From the human T2T-CHM13v2.0 reference genome, Homo sapiens: 64,000 bases of DNA. Below the pieces are notes generated by a model. It was not told where the DNA came from. It was given only the letters and a program-made list of their open reading frames with translations, and did not search any database. How positions within the stretch are numbered: the first letter of the stretch is position 1; each line of letters opens with the position of its first letter. The stretch lies in the NCBI RefSeq assembly GCF_009914755.1, contig NC_060938.1, one strand, 5' to 3'. Shown one piece after another: positions 28,430-42,582 of this stretch. The translations under genes were made by a program, and so were the position numbers.

Positions 28430-28766
28430 TGCCTTAGTCCACTCAGGTTGCTAAAACAAAATACCATAAGTTGGTGGCTTATAAACAAGAGAAATTTATT
28501 TATCACAGTTCTTGAGTCAGGGAAGTTCAAGGTCAAGGTGCTGGTGGACTCAGTGTCTGGTGAGGGCCCATCTTTTCATAACTTTACACGGCAGAAGGGA
28601 AAAACTTGTACCTCTTTAGTGCCTTATAAGGGCACTAATCCCATTCATGAGAACTTCGCCGTCATGACCTAATCACCTCCTAAAAACCCTACCTCACAAT
28701 ACCGTCATTGGTGATTACATTTCAACTTATGAATTTTGGTGGAATACAAGCATTTAGATCATAGCA
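28430..28766 (-). mobile_element. MLT1A/MLT1A0 solo LTR
   Basis: cttagtccactcaggttgctaaaacaaaatacc...gtgtctggtgagggccc...ttataagggcactaatcccattcatgag...catagca. Confidence 0.85.
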
Positions 28767-28790
28767 GGAGTAGATGTTAAAGCAATATAC

Positions 28791-28820
28791 AGGTTGGTGC
28801 AAAAGTAATTGCGATTTGCC
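28791..28820 (+). mobile_element. Solo Hsmar1/MADE1 terminal inverted repeat
   Basis: aggttggtgcaaaagtaattgcga matches the Hsmar1/MADE1 TIR; no partner TIR nearby. Confidence 0.75.
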
Positions 28821-28924
28821 CAAACTGATAGCTGTCACATACCTGTGACAAATGGAGGATGACCCTGGTGTTTTCACTGAAGGGCATTTGCAGCCCTAAA
28901 GAATGAATACAAATAACAGAATGT

Positions 28925-29477
28925 ATTTTATGGCTGAATAATGCTCCATTGTGTATATATACTACATTTTCTTTATCCACTCATCCATTGATGGACATAT
29001 AGGTTGTTTCCAACTCTTGGCTATTGTGAATAGTGCTGCAGTACACATAGGAGTGCAGGTATCTCTTTTCCACACTAATTCCCTTTCTTTTGGACATATA
29101 CTCACCAGTGGGATTGCTGGATTATACGGTAGTTCTATTTTTAGTTTTTTGAGGGACCTCCATATTGTTCTCCATAATGGCTGTACTAATTTACATTGCC
29201 ACTAACAATTTATGAGAGATCCTCTTTCTCCACAACCTCACCAGCATTCATTATTGCCTGTCTTTTGGGTAAAAGCCATTTTAACTGGGATGAGATGATA
29301 TCTCATTGTAGTTTTAATTTTCATTTCTCTGATGATCAGTGATGTGGAGCACTTTTTCATATACCTGTTGGTCATTTGTATGTCTTCCTTTGAGAAATGT
29401 CTATTTAGATCTTTTGCCTCTTCTTTAATAATATTATTTGCTTTTTTCCTATTGAGTTGTTCGAGATTTTTAATATT
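28925..29477 (-). mobile_element. L1MA inverted 5' segment (ORF2 end)
   Basis: ttttatggctgaataa...gggattgctggattatacggtagttct...ttttcctattgagttgtt. Confidence 0.85.
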
Positions 29478-29853
29478 TGAGTGCTTAAAAGAAATTTAAC
29501 TCATGAAGATAGAGAGTAGAATAATGATTTCCAGGCTGAAAAGGGTAGTGGGAAGGGGGAGATAAAGAGGGAATAATTAACGCATACAAAAATATAGTTA
29601 AAAATAATAATATCTAGTGTTCAGTAGCACAGTTGGGCAACTACAATTAAAAATAATTTATTGTATATATCAAAATAACCAAAAGAGTTAAATTGAAATG
29701 TTCCTACACAGAGAAATGATAGATGCTTGAGGTGATGGATATCCCAATTACACTGACTTGATCATTATATATTGTATGCCTATATAAAATATCACACATA
29801 CCCCAAAGATATGTACAATTCTTATGTATCCATGAAAATTAAAAATTAAAAAA
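29478..29853 (+). mobile_element. L1MA (MA3/4-like) 3'UTR and tail, non-inverted segment
   Basis: aactcatgaagatagagagtagaat...gaggtgatggatatcccaattacactgacttgatcatt...aaaattaaaaattaaaaaa. Confidence 0.85.
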
Positions 29854-30149
29854 GGAACAGATAGAATCAAAAAGAGAAAATATTTTAGATTAGATATGTG
29901 TAAAGTTATAGAAGATGGAAGTGAGTAGAACTTATCTGGGAGTAATGAATATGCTACTTATTAGAAGGGAAGAAGAAGGAGAAAGGATTTGGGATGAATC
30001 AGTGGAAGGGTTTGAATTACAGGTTAGTATGTTTAGATAGCTTGTTGCAATAGGGCATGACTAAAGTTACCAAACAGAAAAACAGGTGAACAAAGCAGCA
30101 ACCTGAGATGATTAATCTGGCTACAGTATGCAAACTGGATTGTTGTAAA

Positions 30150-30345
30150 GGGGTTGGGGAAGATACCAAGAGTAGATAAGGGTGGAGGACAGATTGGGAG
30201 GAGGTCAAGGGAGACTTCCAGAATGTGAAAAATTATCTACGTCTTGATCTGGTGGCTGGGCTTAAGCATATACATACACAGAATGTCAACAAACTGAGCA
30301 TTTAATATTTGCTTACTTTACTGAATGTTTTACTTCAATACCAAA
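30150..30345 (+). mobile_element. Old L1MC/ME-type 3' tail fragment
   Basis: gggagacttccagaatgtgaaaaattatctacgtcttgatctgg...ctttactgaatg...tacttcaat. Confidence 0.5.
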
Positions 30346-30409
30346 TTACTAATAAAAGAAAAACAGTGCTTATGAGGATGGAGGCTGGGGGCAATGGAGA
30401 GTGATTATC

Positions 30410-30950
30410 TTTCCCTCATCTCTTGTATCTAATCCATCAGTAAACCTAAGTGATTCTACCTCCAAAACATATCTTTATTCTAACTACTTCTTTCCATCTC
30501 TACTACTTTCTTCCTAGTCCAAGCTAATGCTATCACTCAGCTGGAATATTACAGTGCCTTTCTAACTGTCTTCTTTTCACTTCTACTTCTGTCCCACCCC
30601 TCCCAGTTTGTTCTTGGTACAGGGGCCAAAGTCAGATTCTTTAGAAAAGATCATGTCACTCAAGCTGAAAATCCCTCAGGGCTTTCATCTTATTTAACTG
30701 AGTCTCATACAACCTCCTAAATCTGATTTACCAAGCTCCATGTGACCCAATCTTTGCCTACCTCCACACCAACCCATCCTGCTATGCTCTAGATACCCTG
30801 CCCTTTCTTTTCCTCTAACATGCCACATTCTTTCTCAGTCTAGGGCTTTGGAACTAGCTATTATTACTCTGACTAGAATGCTTTTTCCTGTTTTTCCTGG
30901 ACTTTTTCTTGTCACACAAATCTCCATTTAAACATTAGCCTTTTAGAAGG
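30410..30950 (+). mobile_element. L2a
   Basis: atctaatccatcagtaaacc...ttctacctccaaaacatatc...ctagtccaagc...agatcatgtcactc...tagggctttggaactagct. Confidence 0.75.
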
Positions 30951-31159
30951 TGGCTGTTAACATTCTAGTAACACGAGGCAGACAAGAAATAAACATTACT
31001 TAAATACAAAGAATATCAACAGTGATAGGTGCTAGGCAGAGAACTGATGTAGCATGATGTGACAGTGTCATTAGAAAGGCCTTTTGAAGACCTGCTAAAT
31101 TATCCCTCTGTCTCTCATGTTTATCATCTTCTCCCCCTTTGCAAATACTGTGGTATTCA

Positions 31160-31395
31160 CAACACTGGATTTAAATTCTACCTTCCCTGCTGTATAACCA
31201 TTTACATATCACTTAGCTTCTAAGAATGTCCGTGACTGCATCTTTAAAATAGAAATAATGGTATTTTCTTCCTCATAGATTTGTTGGGAGATTTGCATGA
31301 GATATTCATGAAAAGCATTTAGCACAGTAACTATCACTTATTAGCAATTGTTATTAACCTAAGTGAAATGGGGTTTAATAAATGTTAGCTATTGT
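31160..31395 (+). mobile_element. MIR
   Basis: catctttaaaatagaaataat...cctcatagatttgttgggagatt...aaagcatttagcacagt...aataaatgttagctatt. Confidence 0.7.
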
Positions 31396-31462
31396 GATAT
31401 TGTGGTAAAAAGCACTAGTGGGTGAACATGAGGTATTCATGTTTTTAGGCTTCAAGCTGAGA

Positions 31463-32139
31463 CATCATCCTCATTAAACTAACACAGGAACAGAAAACCA
31501 AACACCACATGTTCTCACTTAGAAGTGGAAGATGAACAATGAGAACACATGGACACAGGGAAGGGAACAACACACGCTGGGGCCTGTTAGGGCAGGGTGG
31601 CGGGGCAGGGAAAGGGAGAGTGTTTTAGTTTGTTTTCATGCTGCCAGCAAAGACATACCCGAAACTGGGAACAAAAAGAGGTTTAATTGGACTTACAGTT
31701 CCACATAGCTGGGTGAGGCCTCAGAATCATGGCGGGAGGTGAAAGGCACTTCTTACACGGTGGTGGCAAGAGAAAAAAAATGAGGAAGAAGCAAAAGCAG
31801 AAACCCCTGGTAAACCCATCAGATCTTGTTAGACTTAATCTCTATCATGAGAATAGCATGGGAAAGACCAGCCCCTATGATTCAATTATCTCCCCTGGGT
31901 ACCTCCCACAACATGTGGGAATTCTGGGAGATACAATTCAAGTTGACATTTGGGTGGGGACACAGCCAAACCGTATCAGAGAGCATCAGGATAAATAGCT
32001 AATGCAGGTTGGACTTAATACCTAGGTGATGGGTTGATAGCTGCAGCAAACCACCTGGCACATGTTTCCCTATGTAACAAACCTGCACACCCTGCATGTG
32101 TATCCCAGAACTTAAAATAAAATTAAATTTAAAAAAAAA
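31463..32139 (+). mobile_element. L1PA10/11-like 3' end (split by THE1A)
   Basis: aaactaacacaggaacagaaaaccaaacaccacatgttctcactt...gggagag | gagagcatcaggataaatagctaatgc...aacttaaaataaaattaaatttaaaaaaaaa. Confidence 0.88.
31621..31978 (-). mobile_element. THE1A solo LTR
   Basis: THE1A-type acccgaaactgggaacaaaaagagg, gaggaagaagcaaaagc, aattctgggagatacaattcaagttga; 5-bp TSD gagag at 31616-31620 and 31979-31983. Confidence 0.92.
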
Positions 32140-32233
32140 CATTTTTAGGGAACCAAGAACCATCACCTCACATAGGTAACAAATGAGTATTTTGTCTCCT
32201 CAAAGGTACCGTATATCCAAAAATACATGGTAT

Positions 32234-32768
32234 TGTCCGAGGCATGTGAACCAGAGCAACTCCATCTTAAATAAGCTGGGTAAAATGAGGCTGAAACCTA
32301 CTGGGCTGCATTCCCAGATGGTTAAGGCATTCTAAGTCATAAGATGAGATAGAAGGTCAGCATAAAATACAGGTCATAAAAGACCTTACTGATAAAACAG
32401 GTTACAGTGAAGGAGATGGCCAAAACCCACCAAAACCAAAATGGCCACGAGAGTGACCTCTGGTCGTCCTCACTGCTACACTCCCATCAGCGCCATGACA
32501 GTTGACAAATGCTATGGCAACGTAAGGAAGTTACACTCTATGGTCTAAAAAGGAAAGGCATGAACAATCCACCTTAGCATATCATCAAGAAATAACCATA
32601 AAAATGGGCAACCAGCAGCCCTTGGGGATGCTCTGTCTATGGAGTAGCCATTCTTTTATTCCTTTACTTTCTTAATAAACTTGCTTTTACTTTGCACCTG
32701 AATTATTTCTTGTGTGAGGTCCAAGAACCCTCTCTTGGGGTTTGGATCAGGACCCCTTTCCTGTAACA
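32234..32768 (+). mobile_element. MER41A solo LTR (ERV1)
   Basis: tgtccgaggcatgtgaaccagagcaactccatctt...aataaacttgctt...ggacccctttcctgtaaca; 4-bp TSD gtat at 32230-32233 and 32769-32772. Confidence 0.9.
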
Positions 32769-34559
32769 GTATCACATGACCAACCTTATTATTATATCTC
32801 AAAGACAATAGATACAGCATCTCAAAGTCTTAGATATATCATCTCTTTCCAAAATGACACTATTTTTAGCCTCAGCAATAAAGTTTGCTAGGTCACCCAA
32901 ATTACCTTGAAGGAAGTTTCATTAAACACAGCTTTTATTTGCTCACAGGAATCTGAGAGATTATATTTTATTTTAGATTGCTAAAGTGATTCTGTTAACA
33001 GATCACAAACCATTATATCAATCCAAAGACAGTGAAAAGGCAAACAGGCAACTCTTTCATCTTTTTCTCTCTCTGTGGAATAAGGTTGATGAGACATTGC
33101 AACTTAACACAAAATACTCTTTATAAAATGGGTTGCATATAAATAGAGAAATGTGACTCTTTTGTCTTAAATATGTGCCACAGGTATGCTTTTGAATCTT
33201 CATAGGGTTCACGGATTGTCTGGGAAAGTTCTATAGGTTTGCAATTATTCTGACAAATAAAAGCTCTGCTGTTGGCTAGGTCTAGCAACCTGGATACCAA
33301 AATTCAATACACTGCTTTTAACATGAATCTCAGCATTTTCTGGGATTGTTTATAATGTTTAAAACCAAATCTAAGCTCGTGTAGAAAGGGATGAAGACAT
33401 CTTTGAGAAAAGTATTATTTGAAAGTCAAAAGGAGCATCAAATAGGAATAGGTCTCCATTTCTTATAAGTTTTCTGTATTAGGTTACACCCTATCTTCTT
33501 ACTCACTCAAAGAAAAAGACATTTTAAAAAAATTCTTACTACTACCAAACAGTATTAGTGCTAATTTCATAGCGTCATAATATATCTGATCAAGAACCCT
33601 TTTTATTAACGTTTAATACTATAATGGATTTTTTCTCATTTAATGTTAATTGTTTTTTGCCATGTGTGTATTGCCTATATTTGGACTGCATTACATTTAG
33701 AATATTCCAGTCTTCAGAAAAAAATGTTTACGTTCTATTGGGCTTTTATTTTTCTTTTTGTTTGATAATGCTACTAATTTTATGACTCTTCCAACTAAGA
33801 TTCTCTTTCTAGTCTTCAGAGTTTAATTAAGGGCTTACTTACATAATAAAGAGTAATGTTTTTATTATACTTTAAAGGATTTTAGTACAAGTGAAGATGA
33901 TTCTTATTAAAAGTGTCAAAGTATTTTAAAAAGGGAACTGTGTATAATCTGGCAAATTGTCAGATATCTTCAATTACTAAAGATCAAAAGGCAATTAATA
34001 CCTGACTTTCAACTGAGCCTCATTTGCATCAAAAATTAAAGAATTACTTAAAATATTGAGGTATTTTTAATAATAATAAATTATATTGCTGAATTTTCCT
34101 TTTTTCAAGCATCTTAAAATATTTCACAGAATGCTTTTCAGCAAATGCGCATCTTCTCCCAGGAAAGAGACCATGCCTTAGGACTTATTCAAAAATGGAA
34201 AAAAGTAACTGTAACAGAACTAATATTTAAATTTTGAAAATTATACCAGGATTAAGTTAATACTTGCACTAGAATACTGCTGTGAAAATCAGAATATCAA
34301 CAGTTAGATTAATGTCATTTTACAACTGACTCTTAGGATGCATTTGGCATGTTTTGACTTTAAAAGTATCAATCTAAATCTTTAATTTTGCAATATTCAT
34401 CATAGCAGTGACAAATGATGATTAAAACAAACTCTATCTTGAATGTTGCCATTTGCCCTATTTTCTACTGAAGATAAACTTCATTTTATGTAGTTTTTAT
34501 GTGGCAGATACTATGCCAAATGTGTTACATATCTCAATAACTACAAGAGCTCTTTGAAG

Positions 34560-34700
34560 TAAATATAAGCTCTATGAGGGTAAATACGTAAATGTAAGTT
34601 CTATGAGTCTGTCTGTTTTGTTCACAGATACACATCTAGTACTTAATACTGTGTCTGCCACATGGGGGGGTTCAATATATATTTATTAAATTGAATAAAT
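34560..34700 (+). mobile_element. L2 3' terminus (preceded by a possible MIR fragment ~34480-34560)
   Basis: taagctctatgaggg...gtctgttttgttcac...tcaatatatatttattaaattgaataaat. Confidence 0.65.
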
Positions 34701-35724
34701 GTTACCGATGGGGTAAGTGAAAGTGCTATGTACATAAACACAAAGCCATATTTTTGTTTGGCTAGATTCTTACCTTGCATCTTTGTGGTACTATAGAGAA
34801 GACTTTCTGAGAAAAACTTTCTTTTTCTTCCAAATGTAGAAAGAGCAATCCATAATTCGGCATAATTTTTTAGCTTTCTTCTGTGGGTTTACAACAGCAA
34901 GGCTTCCAAGCTGCAGATCAGATATTAGGACTGATTACTACAAGATAAATGGCACTCATGGGTAGGGGTTGTATCGATATTAAAATATAGTTTTAGAAGA
35001 CTTCTAAAACTGATGTTCTCTTGAGGCCTTACATTTGCAGGACACCTGAGCTGAACTTTAGCCTACTGAGGTTAGCCCAAAAGGATCAGGAAAGATAATT
35101 GAGAGGCATTCTTCAGTAGACCATAAGTAACTAAGTTCACTCACAGATCATCAATCCACTTTTATAACTTTCACTGGAATCAAGTTTTGCTCTATTCCCA
35201 ATCTAGGATAAGAGACTATGAAGGTCCATGGAACCCAAGTTTGGAACTAGTGTGGTCAAAGATGAGGGAAGTCCATGCATAGGGCTAACTTGGGATTTCG
35301 AGGTCATTGGACAAGGTCATTTAAGAGATCTCTTTTTCAAATGCAGGTGGATACTGGATTAGGGAAGCCAAAAATAGGCAACATTGGTGAATCCAGAAAG
35401 TGAAAACCCAAAGATCATGCCGAAAGTCTCTCTTTATGGCCATTTTCCCTGTCTGCACCCAAGGTGTCCACTGCTATTTCTTTAGCACAGGTTCCACATA
35501 TTTTGGAAACATATTCTCAAAACTAGGTAGCTGATTTCTGATAGAATGACTACTAGCAAACTTAAGGAAGACAACTAAGTTAGTAAAATGCTTTAATATC
35601 AAAAACAGCTTCACTGAAAGTACAAGTTCACACGCTAGTGTTAGTTTTGGGGTTATAGTTTCTGTTGATAATCCACAGCTCTAAGAATGCTCCTTACCAT
35701 ATTCAGAACAATTACTTTATCTCA

Positions 35725-36615
35725 TTTTATTTTATTGTAGTAGGAACACTTAACATGAAATAGATCCTCTTTACTCATTTTTTATTCTCCTAGTTTTTTT
35801 AGTCTTGTGGGACTCAGCACTTCATCTGTAGGATCTGGTGTATCTCCAGGCCTCTTTACAAATGTTTATGTGTCTAATACAGCACTATTGACTATAGGCA
35901 CAGTTGTAAGCAGATATCTAGAATATATTCATCTTGCTCAACTGAAACTTCATGACCGTTGCTTGGTAACTTGGCATTTCTCCCTCTCCCCAGACCTTGG
36001 CAACCATCATTCCACCCTGATTCTATGAATTTAACTATTTTAGATACCTCAAATTAGTGAAATCGTGCAATATATGTCTTTCTGTGACTGGCTTATTTCT
36101 CTTGGCCTAATGTCGCTAGGTGCACTTACGTTGTCACATATTGAAGCATTTCCTTCCTTTTAAAGGCTGAAGAGTATTTCACTGTATATACATTTCACAT
36201 TTTTAAAAAAATTCATTCATCTGTAGGTGGATCATTTAGGTTATTTTCACATCTTGGCTATAATGAATAATGCTACAATGATCAAAGGAGTGCCAATATA
36301 TCTCTGAGACCCAGATTTCAGCTCCTGAGTAAGTTCCCAGAAGTAGGATTGTTGGTTCATACAGCAGTTCTATTTTTAATATTTTGAGGAACCTCCATAC
36401 TGTTTTCTATACCAAGTGCACCTTTTTGCACTCCCACCAACAATGTGCAAAAGTTTTAATTTCTCTACATTCTCACCAACATTTGTTGTCTTTTGTTTTT
36501 CTGATTATAGCCAAACTGACAGGTGTGAGGTAATATCTCATCATGGTTTTTATTTGTATTTCCCTGATGCTTAGTGACATTGTGTATGTTTTAATATACC
36601 TATTGGCCATTTTTA
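35725..36615 (-). mobile_element. L1MB (MB1-3-like) 3' end
   Basis: aacacttaacatga...cctctttacaaat...ctataggcaca...gcagatatctaga...aactgaaact; ORF2-end motifs to ~36610. Confidence 0.82.
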
Positions 36616-36928
36616 GTAGATCTCAAGCCAGGAATTTGAATGCACTGAAAAAAATGCAAGAAATTTCCAAGGGAGTATAAATACAAAGGCTATCAGATGT
36701 TTTTCCTAAAGGTAGTTAGTTACATTAATATGAAAACCCTATGTCATTTTACCTGGGGTGACTGAAAGAGAAAGGCAGAAAGCTTCAAATGTTGGTAATG
36801 ACTTTAAAAAAATGATTAATAAAGTCCTTACGTGAAAAATCAAGCAATTCTCTAAATTTTTTCTTGTAGCTGTTTAATATGATTTATTGTGAGTTCTTTA
36901 CCTTCCTGGTGGAATATTAATTAGTGCG

Positions 36929-36951
36929 CACACACACACACACACACACAC
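36929..36951. repeat. (CA)n microsatellite
   Basis: About 11 CA units. Confidence 0.9.
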
Positions 36952-37424
36952 TTATATCATTAATATTTTTTCAAGTCACTTAAAATATACTGCCTCTCCA
37001 GCCTTGTGATCTGTTCCTAAGACTGGTGACAAACTGCAATTGCTGCTGGCACAAAGCTAAAAGGAAATTGTAAAAATTATTACATGTCCTTAGGATTAAT
37101 CAGTGATCTGAAAAACATAGTGAAAAAGAAACTATTACCTTTTTAGAGCTTTAACAATAGGCTCTGACTCAGACTGTTTTGTCCTGACCTTTCTATTTGA
37201 AACTGTGTCTAGGGTAAGTAACCACTACTTTCTCATGTGTAAAATAAATTTTCATTCTCTTTTTTAAAAGATTTGTTTTCAGAGAAGTTTAAGTTCACAG
37301 AACAATTGAGAAGAAGGTATAGAGTTCCCATCTACTCCCTGCCCCACACATGCATAGCCTCCCTCATTTTCAGCATCCCCTACCAATATGATACATTTGA
37401 TAAACCAACATTGACACATCGTTA

Positions 37425-38019
37425 TATAAACCAAAAATAAAATTCCAGTTCCCTGCCCCCAACCATCTGAATGGGCCCCTTCTCTCAGCCAAGGGCATTC
37501 CAAAGTTAACCTAGAAAACTAGTTTCAGACCCTGATGAGAAAGGGGAGCCAGAGGCCCCATTATACCCTCCTCCGTGTTGGAATTACTGATGGAACAGAC
37601 TCTTTAAGTCTGATAAGAAACACTTACAATGCATTTTCTCTGAAGCCTGCTACCTGGAGGCTTCACCTACATGATAAAACCTTGGTCTCCACAACCCCAT
37701 ATTATAACCCAGATATTTCTTTCTATTGATAATAACACTTTTAGCCAATCGCCAGTCAGAAAATCTTTGAATCTGCCTATGACTTGGAAGTCCACTCTTC
37801 CAGTCATCCTGCATTTCTGGACTAAACCCATGTACATATTACATGTATTGATTGATGGCTCATGTCTCCCTAACATCTATAAAACCAAATTGTATTCTGA
37901 CCACCTTGAGGACACGTCATTAGGGCCTCCTGAGGCTGTGTCATGGGAGTGTACTTAAGTTTCACAAAACAAACTTTCTAAATTGATTGAGACCTGTCTC
38001 AGATACTTTTGGGTTCACA
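37425..38019 (+). mobile_element. MER4B-like solo LTR (ERV1)
   Basis: taaaccaaaaataaaattc...gccaagggcattccaaagttaacct...gagacctgtctcagatacttttgggttcaca; 4-bp TSD gtta/atta. Confidence 0.85.
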
Positions 38020-38357
38020 ATTATCACCCAAAGTCCATAGTTTATATTAGAGTTTACACTTTATATTGCACATGCTAGGGGTTGGACAAAGGAAAATGAC
38101 ACACATCCACCATTATAGCATCATACGGAGTATTTTCATTACCCTAAAAATCCTGTGTGCTCTATTCATTCATCCATGCCCCCCATGGTTCTGACAAGTA
38201 TTGATATTTTTATTGTTTTGTCTTTATAGTTTTAACTTTCCCAGAATGTCACATAGTTGGAATCATACAGTATGTAGCCTTGTCAGACTGGCTTCTTTCA
38301 CTTAATATGCATTTAAGGTTCTTCCATGTCTTTTCATGGCTTTCCATAACTAAATAG

Positions 38358-38699
<342 letters not shown>

Positions 38700-39589
38700 T
38701 TCCCCTTTAACACTGAATGATATTCCCTTGTCTGGATGTTCCAAGTTTATTTATCCATTTACCTAATGAAGAACATCTGGTTGTTGGCAAGTTTGGGCAG
38801 TTATTAATAGAGATGCGTTAAACACCTGTGTCCACATTTTTGTGTGAACATAAGTTTTCAGCTCTTTTGGGTGAATACCAAGGTGCATGATTGCTGAATA
38901 ATATAATAAGAGTATATTTAGTTTTGTGAGAAATTGTCAAACTGTCTTCCAAAGTGGATGTACCATTTTGCATTCCCACCAGCAATTAATGTGAATTCCT
39001 GTTGCTCCACATCCTCACCAGCATTTGATATGTTTTGGAATTTGGCCATTCTAATAGATGTGTAGTGGCATCTCATTGTTTTAATTTGCATTTCCCGGAT
39101 GACTTATGATATGGATCATCTTTTCATATGTTTATTTCCATCTGCATATATCCTTTGGTGAGATGTCTGTTAAGGTCTTGGCCCATAAAATGTATTTCCT
39201 TGGTACTAGTCTTATAAGTATTACTTTTCATATAGATATTTCCTAAGGAGTCATCAGATTGCTATTAAAATAAAAATAAATTTGGGGAATTTCAGGAGAG
39301 GAGTTTCATGTAATTATTACAAACATTCTGAATCATACTGTATTTGTTACATGCAATATGAGGAGCAAATCAGGTATTATATTTATAGTAGTAGAGTTCT
39401 TCCTGATTTTTGAAAGTGGAAAACCATTTCTACATTAAATCAATGCTGTAATATTTTATAAGTAGTGAACATCTACAGGTAATTTTTTAAAAATATGTTT
39501 TGGGACTAGTAGCCAAAGAAATTACTATTAAATTGGTATTTCTAAAGAAAACATGTCTTTATAAATAAAATACTCAAAGTGCAATGTAG

Positions 39590-39658
39590 TTCTGGAGCCC
39601 AGAGCTGTTTCTGGAACATCATAAGGGTTCAATAAATATTTGTATAATTAAATGAATT
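39590..39658 (+). mobile_element. L2 3' tail fragment
   Basis: ctggaacatcataagggttcaataaatatttgtataattaaatgaat. Confidence 0.55.
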
Positions 39659-40799
39659 TTACAGATCCTGAAAGTGTTATGTATAGTAAACAAAAAGTAA
39701 TATCCTTGTTAGACTAAATGCTTACTTTTCACCCATATCACATTGAAGAGTAAGATCTTCTAGAAAGCTATCATATCTTTAGAACTATTATGATTCCTTT
39801 GTTTATTACTAAACATTAAAATAATATAACTGTACATAGCAAGCCACTAATTAAGTATCAAAGATGGAATCATATTCGTTCAAACTAAAAGCTTTACTTG
39901 AAATTTTTAAAAGTCTAAAAATGAATAAAACTAAAATACGAGTTTTAAAATTTAGGATGCCAACTAACGAAAGCTGTTTTTTTAAAAGTCTGACCACGAA
40001 TAAGGCATCTTCTATTTTTATTGCTTTTTATGCAGTAAGATAAAAGCTTGAGGCAAGGATTGGATCTAGGGTCATATTGACCCCTATGCCAAAGTAACTT
40101 TTGAGCTAAAATTTTATATGACATCCTGCTACCCAATTTATTCCAATGGATTTTTTAGATAACTAATATATAAGAATGAGATTTAAGCATACCCAATACA
40201 TTTTTGTCTGTTAGCAACATTCTTTAATATTAGATGTGTGATTTATTTTTGCCAAAGAGACCCAAAGGATTGCAGTGAAACAAGGATAATTTAGATATTA
40301 TTAACTATTTTCAAAATAGAAAAGCATTTTTTATACTACTCTCACTATTATTTATCTTTAGGTACTTTAGTACTTATTTATATCCCTATCTCAGGAAAGG
40401 AGAAAAATAGAGAAAGGAGGTAAAATTAAGAGAAATAATTATGACTAATTGCTTGAAAATGATGAAACATTAGGAGGGAAGACTGAAAACAGTCCTGAAG
40501 CAAGAATTCCTGGGGAGTCTGAATTTTAGCCAAAGATGATAAATTATATGAATCCTCTGATAGATTAGCCACTTGCACAATACTGCTTTTACCACTGGCT
40601 CTCTCTCTGTAGTCATCGGAAGAGATGACTTGGTCCAGATTTGAAGACAGTGCAGGTAGTGAAGGAGTATTGGTATTTGAGCTTCTCACAGTGACAGTTT
40701 ACATTTAAGAATAAATTGTGCAGTTACAGTTCTCTAACATTCAGAATTTCTGGTTCAGTTTCAGTGTTAGACTACTTGTTTTAAACAAGAAACACTACA

Positions 40800-40923
40800 C
40801 AGTGGTCTTTCCTGAATGGGATATGTTTCAAGGCCCCCATTAGATGACTGAAACCTCAGGTAGTACTAAACTCTATATATACTATGTTTTGTCCTGTACA
40901 TATGTATGATCAACTTTAATTTA
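40800..40923 (+). mobile_element. Tigger2a left part
   Basis: cagtggtc...gggatatgtttcaaggccccc...tgaaacc...gtactaaactctatatatactatgtttt; resumes at 50794. Confidence 0.8.
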
Positions 40924-41095
40924 AGAGGGCAGAGCAAGATGGCTGAATAGAAGCCTCCACTGATCGCTTCCCCTGCAGGAACATCAAAATTTAACAACTA
41001 ACTACACACACACAAAAGCACTGTCATAAGAACCAAAAATCAGGTGAGCAATCCAGTACCTGGTTGTAACTTCATATCATTGAAAGAGGCACTGA

Positions 41096-42582
<1,487 letters not shown>

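Noticed and set aside
40600-40660. ctctctctgtag...cag|gtagtg mini-exon candidate
   Set aside because: 43 nt, weak donor and no linkable neighbouring exons.
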